A stretch of 63,335 nucleotides of DNA, counting the filler, from Lenisia limosa (taxonomy: Eukaryota > Protista > Breviatea): assembly GCA_001655205.1 (NCBI GenBank). It is 11 parts of 11 records of this genome, joined end to end, with 100 filler letters (N's around TTAATTAATTAA, not from the genome) between each part and the next. Parts side by side here need not be neighbours in the genome. Positions count along the whole stretch, not along the records: positions 23,330 to 45,837 come from LPNZ01002850.1; 10 more parts are not named here. The stretch is one strand, 5' to 3'. The notes beneath the pieces were generated by a model, which was not told the DNA's origin, searched no databases, and saw only the letters and a program-made list of their open reading frames with translations. This document shows positions 26,985-40,870 of the stretch, one piece after another. Made by a program: the position numbers and the translations under genes. How positions within the stretch are numbered: position 1 is the stretch's first letter; each line of letters starts with the position of its first letter.

Positions 26985-29900
26985 CTATTCCATATCCTCC
27001 AAAGGTCTGGTGACAAACATGCTGCCAGCTTCACTGCAAGAAATGGAGCCCACCGCTCTGTCCAATGTCGTAATGTGCTGTGGAGTAGGAACACTAAATG
27101 GTAAGTTGTCAGTTCTCCCTCGTCTTACAAGTCTGCCTCTCCAATCGCAAGTTGACCCTCGGAAGCAGATCCTAAAATATCAATTCCTTCCCGATGCTAT
27201 AACAGTGCTAGTGCTTTTCAATTATTCTATTAGTGGACATGGGAGTACGGCCCACCCCATGCGTAGACTTCGCCAAGAGCAGTGACCGTCATAGAATGCC
27301 AATGGCCGCACGCAATGGCCTCGATAACAGGCAGTCCTGAGGGGTGAGGGGGACAAAAAGCCGCAGGTATGAGCAGTGTAGTATAATACAAAAATCTTGC
27401 GTAGCTTGACCAGTTTTGAAAGCAACCATATGGAGGATTCAGCAGATTGAAATGCGATTTGAGAGGTATCTTACCAAAAAGAAACAAGCTCATTGAACAT
27501 ACCTTGTATCTTCTGTGGTTCAGCCTTATTTTCGGTGGTTCCAATTCCCAGCTGGCCCTTATTTCCGCGCCCCCAGGTGTACACGTCACCTAGTTGTGAG
27601 CCAAATGTCCGGAATACAACACCTCTCAGGGGTTGCTTCAATTTCAAAAGTAATAATTGAAGCTTCATACTCTGTTCATACTACTAGCTTAGGATATAAT
27701 ATAGAGCCAACCATTCTCTGTCAGTGCCATGCCGTGGAAGGCGCCGCATTCGACAGCAACCACTCGTTCCCTATGGTGTCAGGTGACGCAATCATTATAT
27801 TGTTCAGTCTTTGACATTCTTCACCATCAACATATCATATGTAATATACGATTATAATATGTGAAAGATGCTCAGTAGATAAAACTCACGGGACAGGGAT
27901 CTGCTTGGGCTCAGTTGAAGACTCGCCATCAACATCAAGACCCATATGCCACACTCGGCCTAAAGTTAAATAAATCCGAGCTTCTCTTGGGTTCCACCAA
28001 TAATATATCGGTCTCATTAGGAACAAATAGAAGCCAATATTAAATCTATGGGCGTTGTCTTACATACTATCTCTCAAACCTTCGCTATCAAGAACAAGAG
28101 TGTGGCAGTACCCCGCAGTGACTTGGACCAGCCGAACTCCTTGGTCCCTCAGGAAGGCAATTGGCCTGGTGGTGAGATCATCAAGTCAATGAAAACAGAA
28201 TCGGAGACCAAAACTCAAAGTACCTGAGACTAGCCTGGGCCGTGTCCTTGTCTTCAGCGTCTCCAAGTTGTCCAAACTCACCCCATCCCGCAACATGACA
28301 CACTCCAGAAGAGTCCAGAAGAGCAGTGTGGAATTGGCCGCAAGCGACGCTGATGGCGTTTCGTCCGTGGAACACAAGCTACGTTTTGAGTGACTTTTGG
28401 CAACCAACTTTTGGCGAGGTTTGGATCTGGGCAAGCGTTCCCATGCCGAGCTGTCCTGACTGGCCGTCTCCCCACGCGAAGACATCGCCATCCTCAGTCA
28501 ATGCCAAAGTGTGGTCCTATTGTTAATATGTTAAATCAATAAAGGACCAACTGCTCCAGCTGCCACGTGCACAACGTTCACACCGTCTAATGCCACAACC
28601 CGTGTGGGGAGGTGTAAATCTGTCTGAGTACCATGACCTAAAGGAAGGCGTCAGTAGAGCAAGTAAGTCAATGCTTTATTATTAACCCAGTAGAGCGTCA
28701 CTGCTTTATTATTAACCCAGTAGAGCAAGTAAGTCAATGCTTTAATATTAACCCAGTAGAGCAAGTAAGTCAATGCTTTATTATTAACCCAGTTGAGCAG
28801 GTAACCTAAGGCATATTATTAACTCCTCGTAATTCTTCAAATATTCCACCACCACCCCACCCAAAGCGCCGGTCTCGCCACGCCCGCAAGTGAAGACTTC
28901 TCCTTTCGTTGTGAGGAAGCACGTGTGATGCCAGCCGCACGCGACCTAGTGTTAAAAGGAGAAATGTGGTGCCTACTTGCAGGATATCCTGGGTTTGTAG
29001 GCTGTCTACCGCTTTTGGTAAAATGACGTGCTTGTTGCCAAATGGGCCCAATCCTAATGGTCAGTCTTTACACAGATTGCAGTTTTCCATAATAGTACCA
29101 TAATCATTCTGTCCATCATGTTGCCAAAAAAAGAAACAGGCCACATACCTAAACGGCCACCCGACATTCCAAACGAAAAAACGGTTCCACGAACATCAGA
29201 GAGGAGGGTATGGTCTGCTCCGGCCTCAATTCGGCAAATATCATGGCTCAAATTGTGCTAAACAGTTAAGACCACGAGCACATACCGCTACTGGGGTGAA
29301 GGTCGAGAACGACGTCTTGGTAGCGCCGCATTGCCCGCTTGTGGAGTTGCCTTAGGAGTCACTACTATTCCAAGGTCTTACCAGCAGCAAGGACTTGACC
29401 GTTTGTCAGAAGAACCACAGTGTGACTATTTCCAAGCGACACGGCAGCCACTGTTTCCTCAAGCATCACCATCTGAGTGGTAACCAAAGGTCTGAAGATC
29501 CAAAAAGCAAATATTTTTTTAAAACGATCTTCAGCATACACTTGGAACAGATACGAGTTCAGATTCGGTTTCTAAGCCCAAACGGCCGTTTGCGGAGGCA
29601 CCCCTTACGGAGTTAGAACGATATCGCGGATTTTCATATGGGATATGTAAGTAAAAATGAGTGAAAATGACTCAAGGCTTGATCTGACGTTAAGTAGAGC
29701 TCACCAGATGTAAAGCTTCCCATGATTGGTGAGGGCAGCACTGTGAAGAGACCCAGCTGAAAGTGACAATAAAAAGACTTCTCACCATGAACCGAAATAA
29801 CAGAGTCCGGAGCAAGGTTGGCAGGGGCAAGAGGGGTGATTTCAGCCTAGGTACGTGACAAAGAAAGCTGGACCATACAGGAGTTCGGATGATCTCAGGT

Positions 29901-32900
29901 CCAGCGCCGCATTGTTTGGCATGGTTCGCTCCCCAGGCAAAGACACGGCCTATGTTGGTTAATATAGGAATTCAAAGGTAATTGGTGAAGTTGGTAATAC
30001 TTTCTTCTGTTAAAACATGTCTTCTTTTGTCACAAATCCAGAAGGAACTTACCATCTTGAGTACAGCAAAGGGTGTGATTGGCTCCAGCTGATAACGATG
30101 AAACCTCCATCAAGCTGCTGACCTGTGCTGTTAACTTTTGAACTTAAAAGGCCAATAAATCTAATAATAATCAAAATAACTTAAATTTAACTAGATCTAG
30201 GTCTGCAGCCCCTTGTTGGAACTCACTCTGATAGCGTCATCTGAGGAAGGGCCTCCGACTCCTATTTAGTTAAACAATTATTGAGACTTTCTTCCGAGAC
30301 AAGGTATCCAGAAACAATGGGGAAACAAACCAAGTTGCCCCTTGTCGTTGCTGCCCCAGGTCCAAACGGTGTCGTCTGAGGCCAGACAGGCTACATGAGA
30401 CCACCCTGCCACGACCTTGACGTGAGGCGGAGGAATATGAAATAAAAAACCCAATCCAGGGATTGATGCAAAACAAGCCTTAAACAAGCAATTCTAATCA
30501 TGAAAGGCCACCTACAGATCTAGCAGCTGAGTGCAATCCCTTGATCTTGACAGGCTCCTCATTCATTGAATCGTGAAGACGGCCCCATTGAAGAACATCC
30601 GTATTCTGAACAATCAAAAGCGCTTTAACGTTCGTGATGAAACTACTACCCAGCAGTGAAGTCTCTGAAATTTGCCTTAACCTCCCACTTCCAGAAGAAC
30701 AACAGAAGCCTGACGAGCAGCAGCGGCCTGGACCACCACATTATCTGTAACATATCAAAAAGAAGACGGCTAATCAAATACTTCAGCATACATGCTCTAT
30801 TCTATGATTGTATGATTATATATAGAATACATAATATGATATCTTTAATATAATACTATCTGTAATCAAGAAGGGGTTGCATCAAGTAGAACTATCAACA
30901 TCATAATCACGTTGAAAGCATGTTGAGAGTGCATTATCACCCATTCTCTTTCTCACAATTCGGTGCCAACAGCACCCTTTTACAGGTTTGATAGAGTCAA
31001 ACACTCACCTCCCAAAGAAGACACACGAAGGGGACGGGTTAAATCCCTACGTCCACCAGAAGCATATAATGCTCCCTCAGCTGAAAAGTAAGCTGTCAGT
31101 ATGTTGAATGTGAGAACAAACCGGTGACAAAGAGGGAGTGAACAACACCTGCAGACATTTGCACGACTGTTTTGTCCCTGGGCAGTGAGCCAAATTATCA
31201 GGCTCTTCCTTTGAAATATTGGCATAAGTTTTTTCCTCAACAGAAAATTCACGAATTTGAGTGAAAAACTTGCCCCACCTTCCCAGCTGTGTTCCTGGAT
31301 CCCCTAGAAGTACAGTTGTTTTCCTACATGAATTCTTCAACCAAGGTCGGCTGGGTTCTGTTTAAAGTGTCTCCGAGGCCGAGCCCACCATGTGTGTTTT
31401 CACCACAAACCACAACAGCACCAGATACTAAGATATCAACACTGTTTGGAGTGGAAAGAGATACCCATTTCGGAAACGGTTCGAAAAGAGATCCGAATGG
31501 CTTACAGGGTCTGAGGGCTGAATAATCGCATCCATGTGTGAGATCCATAGTATTAACCATAACTCCATCGTCACGAAGGAAGGTTGCCTGATCACTATGG
31601 GGTAACAAAATAAGCTCAAAATCAGGGAAAATATATCATATCATATGTATACAAAGCCTCTTACGCTGCAGTTCTGATTTCGCCATCAACTATGAACACG
31701 TACTCATACACTCCTAAACAGTCAACGACAATACGTCATACCAGGGGTGAGGTAGACAATGGCAGAAAACGCCTGGCCATTGCGCATCAAACGCTCCTGC
31801 TGCTTCACATCATCCTGAAAGTAAGCCAAGCTCCAATGTAGCCTACAACACACGATGGATCCAGTCCTTCCTCGGGGACAAACGTGACTGACACGTTCCT
31901 GGCCCCACCCGAATGCCACGAGAGAGCTAAGAGTTAGTTGATATGATGTATAACCCAGGGTCAATAATATTCACTGGCATACTGACAGATACTTGGGAAG
32001 CTGGAGTGGTGGGTGTGACTACATCGGCTGGGGGAGGCTTATCTTCAGTTTTCAGTTCAGCAAGAGCAGCAGAGATCTAAGATTAATACATCAGAAAAGC
32101 TATTCAGATGAAGTTTTGAAAATTAGTTTCTTTGTTGAAGCCATAGCTCCATTCAATGGAAAAAGACAACAATCCAAGCCTCTAAACCCAAAAAAAGATA
32201 TCACAAACCTCATCTTTATCTGGTTCAACTTCGTTAATTTCTTCGCCGCCAAACTGGACTTTCTTGCGTGACTAAACCATGAGTGAAAAGGCATAGAAGT
32301 TGGGGATATGAGTTTCCCACCTTCGCCCCTTCTTCTGAATTCTTCTTCTCATTTGTTTCATCGGATGTATCAAACACTGCTGCCAGGTTTTTGGTTTTGG
32401 CTTTTCCACCTTTCTTGCGACGCTGAGTCTTTCTGTTAGACGAAGATTTCGACAGTTTCTGTATCATTGAACCTGAGAAGTCAGTCTTGTAAAACTCATT
32501 AGTCCAACTTTCAAGAGAAACTAATATTTCACCGTATCATGAAGGTGGCAAATGGTCAACGGCCCTCCCCCTCCTCAGCCCAACCAACTTATTCTGTCGA
32601 CTTCTTCATGGGGGAACTCGTGGTCCAGATTGTCCTCGCGAGAAGGCCACGCCGGGACATCCAGGCCTAAAGAGTGAACAGCCACTCGGAAACATACCTT
32701 GTTTGATCGCAGCCTGCGCGACATCATGGATCCAGAATACCACCTATATCATCAACATGAACAGTAACTTTGCATTATTCACGCTACATTATATTTTCTG
32801 GTTAATATTGAATTTTATATCCTTCATATCACATTGATTCCCAAAAGCTAACTTGTGGTGAGATGTCACCAAACTCTGACCCATATCTAGAAGGTAAATT

Positions 32901-33584
32901 AGGGCAAAACAAACTTAGGGGGTATTACACGTAAAAAGGCGAATATGACATATATCATCTAATCATTTGGCTTACAACTCATGTACACTGCTGTCTTTGA
33001 GCATCCCCAGCATACTTTGATGATTTGATTTCGAGATCAACAGTTCCGAACATTTGTGACTCATGAAGTCCTAGTTCAAGAGATGCCTAGAGTCATTAAC
33101 ATGGAATACTGAGTAGTCCACAATAAAGTCCTTACCTGAATTGCAAGGTTGAGGTTCTCAACATGTCTGAATTTTTGATGGGCAGCAGGGTTAGTATGAA
33201 ATCTAAATATGAGCCTTGTATTGATAAAACCAACTTAGGAATCCTTGACACTGAGGTTGACGATGGAATCGCACGAATAATCTGACAAGCAACCTGTACA
33301 GTTACTTCGGGGGGAGGAGAGGGGCTTACCGCTCCATTTCTCAAGAGGCCAGAGAGCTGGCGAGTGAGAGTATCATTGCAAACTGACTCCGGAAGCGGTG
33401 GCAGGCCTCCGAGGAGAAGACCAATCCATTCCTTCGCTTCAATCGTACGTCTAACATGATTACACAGCTTTACGCTCTACACCACCAAACTGTTACATTG
33501 AGAGACAAACTTGCACCCCGGAACCCACGTGAGATATTGATAGGCATTAAGATGGCGTCTGGCCACCGTCATTGCTCCGCTCAT
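26985..33584 (-). CDS. IQGAP-type calponin-homology domain plus linker plus about 12-14 RCC1 repeats (predicted single gene)
   Basis: CH domain: MTVARRHLNAYQYLT|RTIEAKEWIG...LLRNGA, KFRHVENLNLAIQ, LGLHESQMFGTVDL, VVFWIHDVAQAAIKQG. A phase-compatible intron at 32473-32588 joins it to SSMIQKLSK. RCC1 repeats follow, e.g. VVVCGENTHGGLGLG, VAGWSHVACL...WTWGSNDKGQLG, VACGQFHTALL and DVYTWGRGNKGQLGIG. Stop TAG at 26985-26987. Confidence 0.8.
28655..28805. repeat. Intronic minisatellite, about 36-bp unit x4
   Basis: GTAGAGCAAGTAAGTCAATGCTTTATTATTAACCCA repeated within an RCC1-gene intron. Confidence 0.9.
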
Positions 33585-34116
33585 TGTGGACCTAAATGCG
33601 TTGCGTGATTCCCAAAAAGAAAAAATGCGAATGGCCGCCTGAATTGAACAAAAGCAACCCCAACCTTCAGGGGTGTTGTCTTCAAAACGATTTAATAGTT
33701 GATGAGTAGTTACGAGGAGAATTGAGGATTTGAGTTCGAGCAAAAGGAAACAGGGGCAACAAGTGTTGAGTTGATAGGGGGGGGGGGGCTNNNNNNNNNN
33801 NNNNNNNNNNNNNNNNNNNNNNNNNNNNNNNNNNNNNNNNNNNNNNNNNNNNNNNNNNNNNNNNNNNNNNNNNNNNNNNNNNNNNNNNNNNNNCCTCGCC
33901 AGAATAACAGAACAGCACTGGAACCTGACTGCAACTTGACTGCAACCTGACTAGAAAAACAGGAAGTAAAGGATACGTCCGCGCCTTTTCCTTTTCCCCA
34001 AAAAAATAAAAAACGAAAAAACACAATAAACAACAGTTCCCCACTGAAGAACTGATTGACCAGTATATATACATACAGACGCAAAAAGGTGCCTTCATTG
34101 TTTCGGAGTAGTAATC

Positions 34117-37100
34117 ATGGACGAGATTTTTGAGGTAGAAAGGCTCTTCTTCTTATTATCATTGGGCTTATAAGTCTAACTTGGACAAAATTATCGTTAC
34201 ATCGGGTTAATATTTTATTTAGAGCTTTGCAACTGCCATTTCTGATCTTGTTCTTGTTGCCCTTGAGAACAAAGAAGCCAACAACACGCCCCAGCCAGAA
34301 CTTCTTGACCATATTGATGCTACCGGAAATGCTTGTGACATTCTTTCATCTGTTTGTCTGGGATGACTTTGATATAAAATACTTGTGTTTGTCATAACAA
34401 TTTGGTATTTTGAAGAAAAACCGAAAATGAAAAAAGAACATGTAGGCATGCTTTAATTCCTTCAGACTGCCATGGATATGGTGGAGGGCTTCCGTAGAGA
34501 GGAGTTGAAGGAGAAGCTGAAGGAAGCAGCCAACAACGTTAGCTCTACCAAGAAGCAATTGGCTGAAGCTTCTGCTAGTAAGGCTTTCCCAGGTCCATTA
34601 TTTCTTTAGTTCTTCGTGAGGGTAGTGATCTGCCTACAGGATGGGAAATGCTTGTTGCTGGCTGCAAGGTAGGTGTTTTAAACTTAATTTATTGAGAAAT
34701 TATTAATAAGTGTTTTACTGGTGTGAAAAGAATAGACTTTTATTGATTTAGGGAATGGGCAAAGAAACATCTGCTCTTCTGACTACCGTCTCAAATGCGC
34801 CTATTAGAAGCATTAAACTGGAAACGTTTGACCTTAAGGGCAAGCTTCAAGAGGTAGGAGGAATGTTTTGGATGCTTATCAATAGCTGGATATAGCAGTT
34901 GAAGAAGGAGGAGACACTCTTCTCACTTGTGGCTCAAGTCTGTCAAGCCACATTTCATATGTCATTTCGGCCTGTAACAGTGAGTACTGTTTTTGTTAAA
35001 ATTGTTTTCGGACTCAACTTATAATTTTTAGCCTTCTCTGTTGACCCTTTCCATGCTGACGAAGAAAAGCTGCCATTCAAGGCGATTGTCACCGAGGTTT
35101 GTGGAGGACAGAACGATTCTCTGCAACACCCGTCTGAATGTTCCATATACCCCTCTTCAAATAAAGTCTTCTCATACTGATGATTTTCATCTTCCTTAGT
35201 TTCAAGCGAAGTATGAAAAGATTGTTGCTGCTCTAAATGAAGTTCTTAATGACTCTTCAAATCTTGAAAAGCAGAATAATGTTGCTATTCTTTCCGCTGA
35301 AATCGCTGAACTGGTAAGCTTGTTTTATAGCCTGGGAGAGGTTTGTTTCAAATTCATGATGTTCTATCTCTTCTTTTGACACATTCTTTATAACCGAATC
35401 ATTGTGGTGCTGACAACATCTTAGGCTGACCGAGCCGCTTTGGAGGTTTCTGCAGAGGGCGAGGATCCATTCTCAGCTTTTGAGCAAAACCTCGGTATGA
35501 AGGCACATGAGATGGAGTTGTAGACTTTCTTTAGTTTTTATTATCGTCATGGATTTGTTTTATTAGGTTTTCAAATCTTTCACTCCACATAGAAGCTCGC
35601 CTTAAGATGTACGAAGATGCCAGACGCAAGCGTCTCAGCAAATGCAATGATGCAGTGAGCAAGACCGAAGCAAACTCTAAATCAATATCCATACTGATGA
35701 GAATGGGTAATTAACAAGTGTTATTACATCTAGCTTATTTATGACAAACGAACCCTAAATGTCACGCACTAGATCGCAGTTGTTGAACGCCAAGCCGGAG
35801 TGCTGCGTGACCTGACTTCTTCTGAACGACCCAAGCACGAGCATGTCGAAAGCGTTTGTGCCGTATTCATATTGCAACTGTGACTCTTTCAGGTTATTTC
35901 CCATTGCTCTTCTATTTCAACGGTGATGGAGGATATGGATAACAACGGAGGTGGAGACGAAGTCAAGCCACAGGTTTGTCTCAAGGAACCTATATTACGC
36001 GCATTAAAGTAAGATACTATGAGATGGTTATGATGATGAGTATGAGATTGTCTGCTTTTGTTTACGGGACGAGATCATCTGCTAACGAGAACTGGAATAT
36101 TTGCAGTTTAATTGGATTCTTTAGGAGCTCGTTGAAGCTGCCAATTCAGCTGGTCAGAAGATTATTGAACTGTTCGGCCTCATGGATGTATGAAGAAATG
36201 GGTTTATTGAAATAACACATATTCATATATTATTTTATGTTTTTCGAAAACCCCCGTAATAAAGCCTTGTAGAAGTCCATCACCGCTGAAGTTGGCCTGA
36301 CAAACGGCAAGGCTGACGATCTGATTGTCATGTTCAACGCCTCTCAACCAAAGTTTGTATCATTCCTTGTACACCACCTTTTATTTCTCCAGAGTTATGG
36401 ATTTGACGAACAGCATCGTTGCTGATGACGACAGAACAAAGAGGGCTGGTATGCGAGAGATAAATCCTCGATAAAACTGATACCTTTTCACTTTGGATGA
36501 AGTGAAGTGTAATGGGTGACCCCTTTAGAACTTGTGATTGAGTTGTCCAACATCGCTGAGAACCTGGAGAAGACAGCAGCTGTTCTTGCTGCCACGGTTC
36601 CCCTCACGTATTCCGGAGTGGCCGAAGAGGTTCGTCTGAGGTCGCCATGCTAACTCTTTAGATTGAGACCAAGGCTCAAGAGTGCAGAGGCCTCGCCTAC
36701 AAAACTGCTCTTCTCATTTCCTCTGCCATCTTCGTCACCCCGATTGCCCCCGTCAATGACATCGGTAAGTCCGTCATTCTTGCTGACTCCTTCAGTCAAC
36801 TCCATCAACACGGCTATACCCTCTCTCCAGGAGTTTGTCAACACAGCCAATGACTTCCGCCAAATTCGAAACGTTGCGCTTGCCGGGGTAGGTCTGGGTT
36901 ACATACCAGCATTTTAGTTACCCACTCCTTTCCTCACCCTCTTAATTACTTTCTTTTTAGTACCTTCAAGCTGCCATGGCCAAGGTCAACGCTACAGCTC
37001 CCTCGATTGGTATGACTCTGTCATATGATGTGGACTAACAACCTTGTTTTGTTTCTCAGTATATGATATAATATGATATGTGGATTTGAAACATATATGT

Positions 37101-40100
37101 AGCAAAACAGAAGCTTATGGTTTTAGGAAGTGCTGTTAATGATCGCATTAAAAACGCTGAGGTTTGCTGCTTCTCAATTCGTATATGATAGAATTCTCTC
37201 AATGTAGCATACATCATATGATATACCATATGTTGTAGTTGAGCATTTTGTAATACCTTCACTTTTTCATTGTGTAGGATGGAGACAAGCACAAGGCTTT
37301 CAATAATATGGTTGCCTCTTGCCTTGATCTTGGTATGGACAAAATTATCGCACCCAAACCCATGCACTCCAAAAAAACGAATGAGCAACTTATTCATCCA
37401 GCCAATGAGACGATCACCGCTTCTGCCCTTCCCTCTTCCCTCTGCTTCCTCCCCAATTTACCCAAGTCTCGCGCTGAAAGAGACATTAAGATGTGGGGTT
37501 TTCTCTTGTTTTGTTGTATTATGTTTTGAATCTTCTGACAAATAATTGGATTAGCCGGCCTGACCCGATTCTGAGCTTCGAGCGCCTCCACAGCGCTATT
37601 GAAACGGCCAAGATTGAGATCTTCCTGACCGCCAAGCAAATGAGAAAGTAGGTCTTCATAAATGCTGTAATCTCTCAGGACTGTGGCCGATTACGCTGAT
37701 TCTCTTCTGGAAGGTGAAGGAGACAAAAGCATTTTGGTCGCTCTTGCTAATCAAGTCGGTCCCCCCGCACTCCTTTTTTTAGTCTAAGTATCACCCCAGC
37801 TTTGTTTCTTTTCTGACCTCTTAGGCAAGAAAGGGCTCAACTGGACTTGCATGCATCGGAGAAGCTTGCGTTGATCTGGTTAGATAATAGTGAAACGCTG
37901 GACCTTTAACTTCTTAGGCCTTTTCCCTTTCTCACCAGTCAACCTCTGACCGCACTCTCCACTCTCAACTCATTGCTGCTTTCAATGCGACTCTCAGATT
38001 CAACTGTGACATGACCGCGTAGGCTTCAGTCAAATTAAGTAGAGGATAACCCGAATTGCAGTTTCTATTATTCATATCTTTGAGGTGTATTTTGCACTTT
38101 GTGTTTAATTATTAATTTTTCCCCACCGCATACAATCATCGGATTAGATATAAATGATCATACATATTTCAATTGACTATTCAGATCAGCTAACTTGTTG
38201 CTATCATCCCCCACTGCAGCTAATTTGAAGATTGCCGAGGCTGCATGTCTTGTTGTAAACGTTTGTTCGTAATTTGTCCTATGTGAGCTCACTTATCAGG
38301 AGGCCCTTGCTACTCTTACCGAAGAAAGCTCAGTCGAGCCATCTCGTGAGAGACAAGCAGAAGAAGTCCTCCAGAACATTGATGAAGATGAGAAAGTTTG
38401 TGAAGTTATTCTGTCATTCATCACCATGCCTTGTCAACTCCCGGTGCAAGGACCATTGCTTCTCATTGTTTAGTTCCGCCTTGAAGCTGCTGCCGTCCAC
38501 CGTGTTGCTCTTTCCGCCAACCATCTTACCCTTGCTCTCAGGTACGCTCAGAGCTCTCTGGTGTATTATTTGTTATCCGAGTTTTTTTCTCCCAGTATGA
38601 TGAATTAATTGTTTTATGACTGTGTTCTATATGGGAATGCGGCAGCTTGTGATGATTCAGCTCTCTTGCTGAAGCCGAAAAGGACGACCCGACAATTGCC
38701 ACCCGTCAGGCTGAAATTGCTGCCCGCTCTGCCACTTTCAAAGTTGGCCAATATAAAGCCTCACTCTTTAGACCGCCATCATGGAAGCCGAGCGTGTTGT
38801 CGAAACTGAGTGTCTCCGTGAAGCAGTCAGGAAGCTGAAGGAAGAATTTGCCAAGTAGGGAACTTATTGTAGTTATTGACACCATAGCCACGAAAAGGCC
38901 CTCGCTGCTGGCCTCTCTTTGGACGAGGAGGCAATTACTCCCGAACAGGTTAGGAAACGTTTGTCGCTCACTTTTAGGCTCGCATCATTGTGGACGCTCT
39001 TTCAGGACCAATGAACAATGTATGTCATTTGATACTCCCTTACGTTCCCCATCTTGAGTTTCTTTTTTGGTTTGATAACGTAGCTTGATACTGAAATTGC
39101 CCGCCAAGATGTTGATGAGGAGGAAGAGGCCGCCCGCATTATTGAGGAAGAAAGAATCCAGAAGGAGGAGGAGGAAAGGTGGGCGTTTTGAGGTTTAATT
39201 TCGTAGGGTTGCCGCCGAGGAGGCTCGTGTCGAAGCCGAAAGAGTTGCTATTGAAGAGGCACGTGTCCAGAAGGAGGAAGAAGAGCGTGTTGCAAGAGAG
39301 AAGAAGGTGAGGTTATGGGTTATGTTGACTCTTTCAGGAACAAGAGGAGAAGGAGCGTATTGCTCAGATAGCAGAAGAAGAAGAACGCAAAAAACAGGAA
39401 GAAGAAATGGCTCTCCGCAAGGCTGAAGAAGAGAAGAAGAGAGAGGTCAGTGTACACGTTACCTCTTTGGTATTCACGAACTCAGGAGGAAGAGGCTCTT
39501 CGTGTTAAAATGGAAGAGGAGGCTGAGAAGCAGCGCCAGGAGGAGAAAATGAAACGCGACGTAGGCAATAAGTGAGACGTAACTATACAGGCTGAGAAGA
39601 AAAAGGAGGAAGAGCGCAAGGCGAAGGAGGTTGAAATGCGTGCTCAGGCCAAGGCTGAGAAGGAAGAAGGTAAGGAATGGGCATTGGTGACCGTTGTAGA
39701 AGAACGTCTTGCTAAAGAGGCGGAGGAAGCAGAGGCGGTTGAGGAGATTGTGGTTGGAGAAGTCCCTGCGCTTGAGGGTAGGTAGTTATTCGTTGAGTCA
39801 TGGGTTTCAGCTCCAATGGAGAAGCATTTGGAGCACAATAAGACTGTGATCGAAGCCGCTGTTGCTCAACACAAGCAAGTCTCTAAGGTATGGCTGAAGT
39901 TGACCGTTTCATTGCTTTAGATTGAAATGGAAGTGTTCAACAGCACCAACAGTGTAAGTGACTCATTTCATTGTCCACTTTACTTTCCAGGTTTCCGATG
40001 CTATGGCTCTTATGGCCGAGGCTTTCACCAATAAGAACCGTGAAGCCTTCATGAAGGTTAGCATGAAAGGATTAGACTGACTATTAGGCTGCCAAGGCTA

Positions 40101-40747
40101 TCAACGAGCATGTCAACACTGCAATTGCCCAGACCAAGGAAAGCATCAAGGTAAGGATAATATGCAAATTTCAACTTTTCAGGGTTGTGGTAACGTCATC
40201 CTTGTCAAACAAGCCATCAGCAACGTTCAAGTAAGTGGTTCGGTCTCTTGAGGGCAGTCTTATCCAGTAGGCCCTCAAGAACTTCAACGTTCAACTCAAG
40301 ATCATTGCGTCCGTCAAGGCTGCTTCTATCACCCAGGTAACAGATTAGTTGTGGAACAATAAATGACGATACAGGACGTACAAGATGACAACAGCCAGCT
40401 TGTTAGTGCTTGTGGTGGCCTGTCTCGAGCAATGGCCGAAATGGTCAACTCCGTTCATTCTGTACAAGTAGGAATTCAGTTTTGTAGCTTTGTTGTGTGG
40501 TGTTGGCTAACTTCTCAGGTTGCAAAGAGAGGAAAGGATAGTACTGAAGGTGACACTTTGGTTAACACATTCTTCAAGAAGGTTTGTGGGTGTGTTCCTG
40601 TAATTGCCGAATTCTGATATTGAAAGTTTACTGCAGTAAAGCAATTTAGTCATGACTATTTAGGTGACAATCGCTGCACCCGCACCACGCAAGAAGGGTG
40701 CCCGTGGAGGAAAGCTCAACCCTTCTCTCATGCCCCGCAAGAAGTAG
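34117..40747 (+). CDS. Vinculin/alpha-catenin family protein (Dictyostelium vinculin-like) with a long E/K/R-rich linker
   Basis: The N-terminus MDEIFE|SFATAISDLVLVALE resembles the recalled Dictyostelium vinculin A start. Many helical-bundle exons follow. Tail GCGNVILVKQAISNVQALKNFNVQLKIIASVKAA...SQLVSACGGLSRAMAEMVNSV resembles the vinculin tail motif TQLKILSTVKAT. ATG at 34117, TAG at 40745-40747. Confidence 0.85.
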
Positions 40748-40870
40748 ACCGTTATGGATGTTATGTATCGTATTTATTTGGGTTGCGGCGGATACTCAGG
40801 GGGTGGGTATTGAATTGAAATAAATAAACATTCTCTATTAATCCTGCACAAAACATAACGGGAGGAGTGC

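Noticed and set aside
33600-34098. IQ-like motifs (AAIRIFSFWES, AVKLQS) and the MKAPFC ORF as the N-terminus of the CH-RCC1 gene
   Set aside because: The match to IQxxxRG is weak and the region is low-complexity and masked. That ATG is only 19 bp from the vinculin ATG.
34117-40747. Talin or I/LWEQ assignment for the helical-bundle gene
   Set aside because: There is no FERM head or I/LWEQ motif, and both termini match vinculin.
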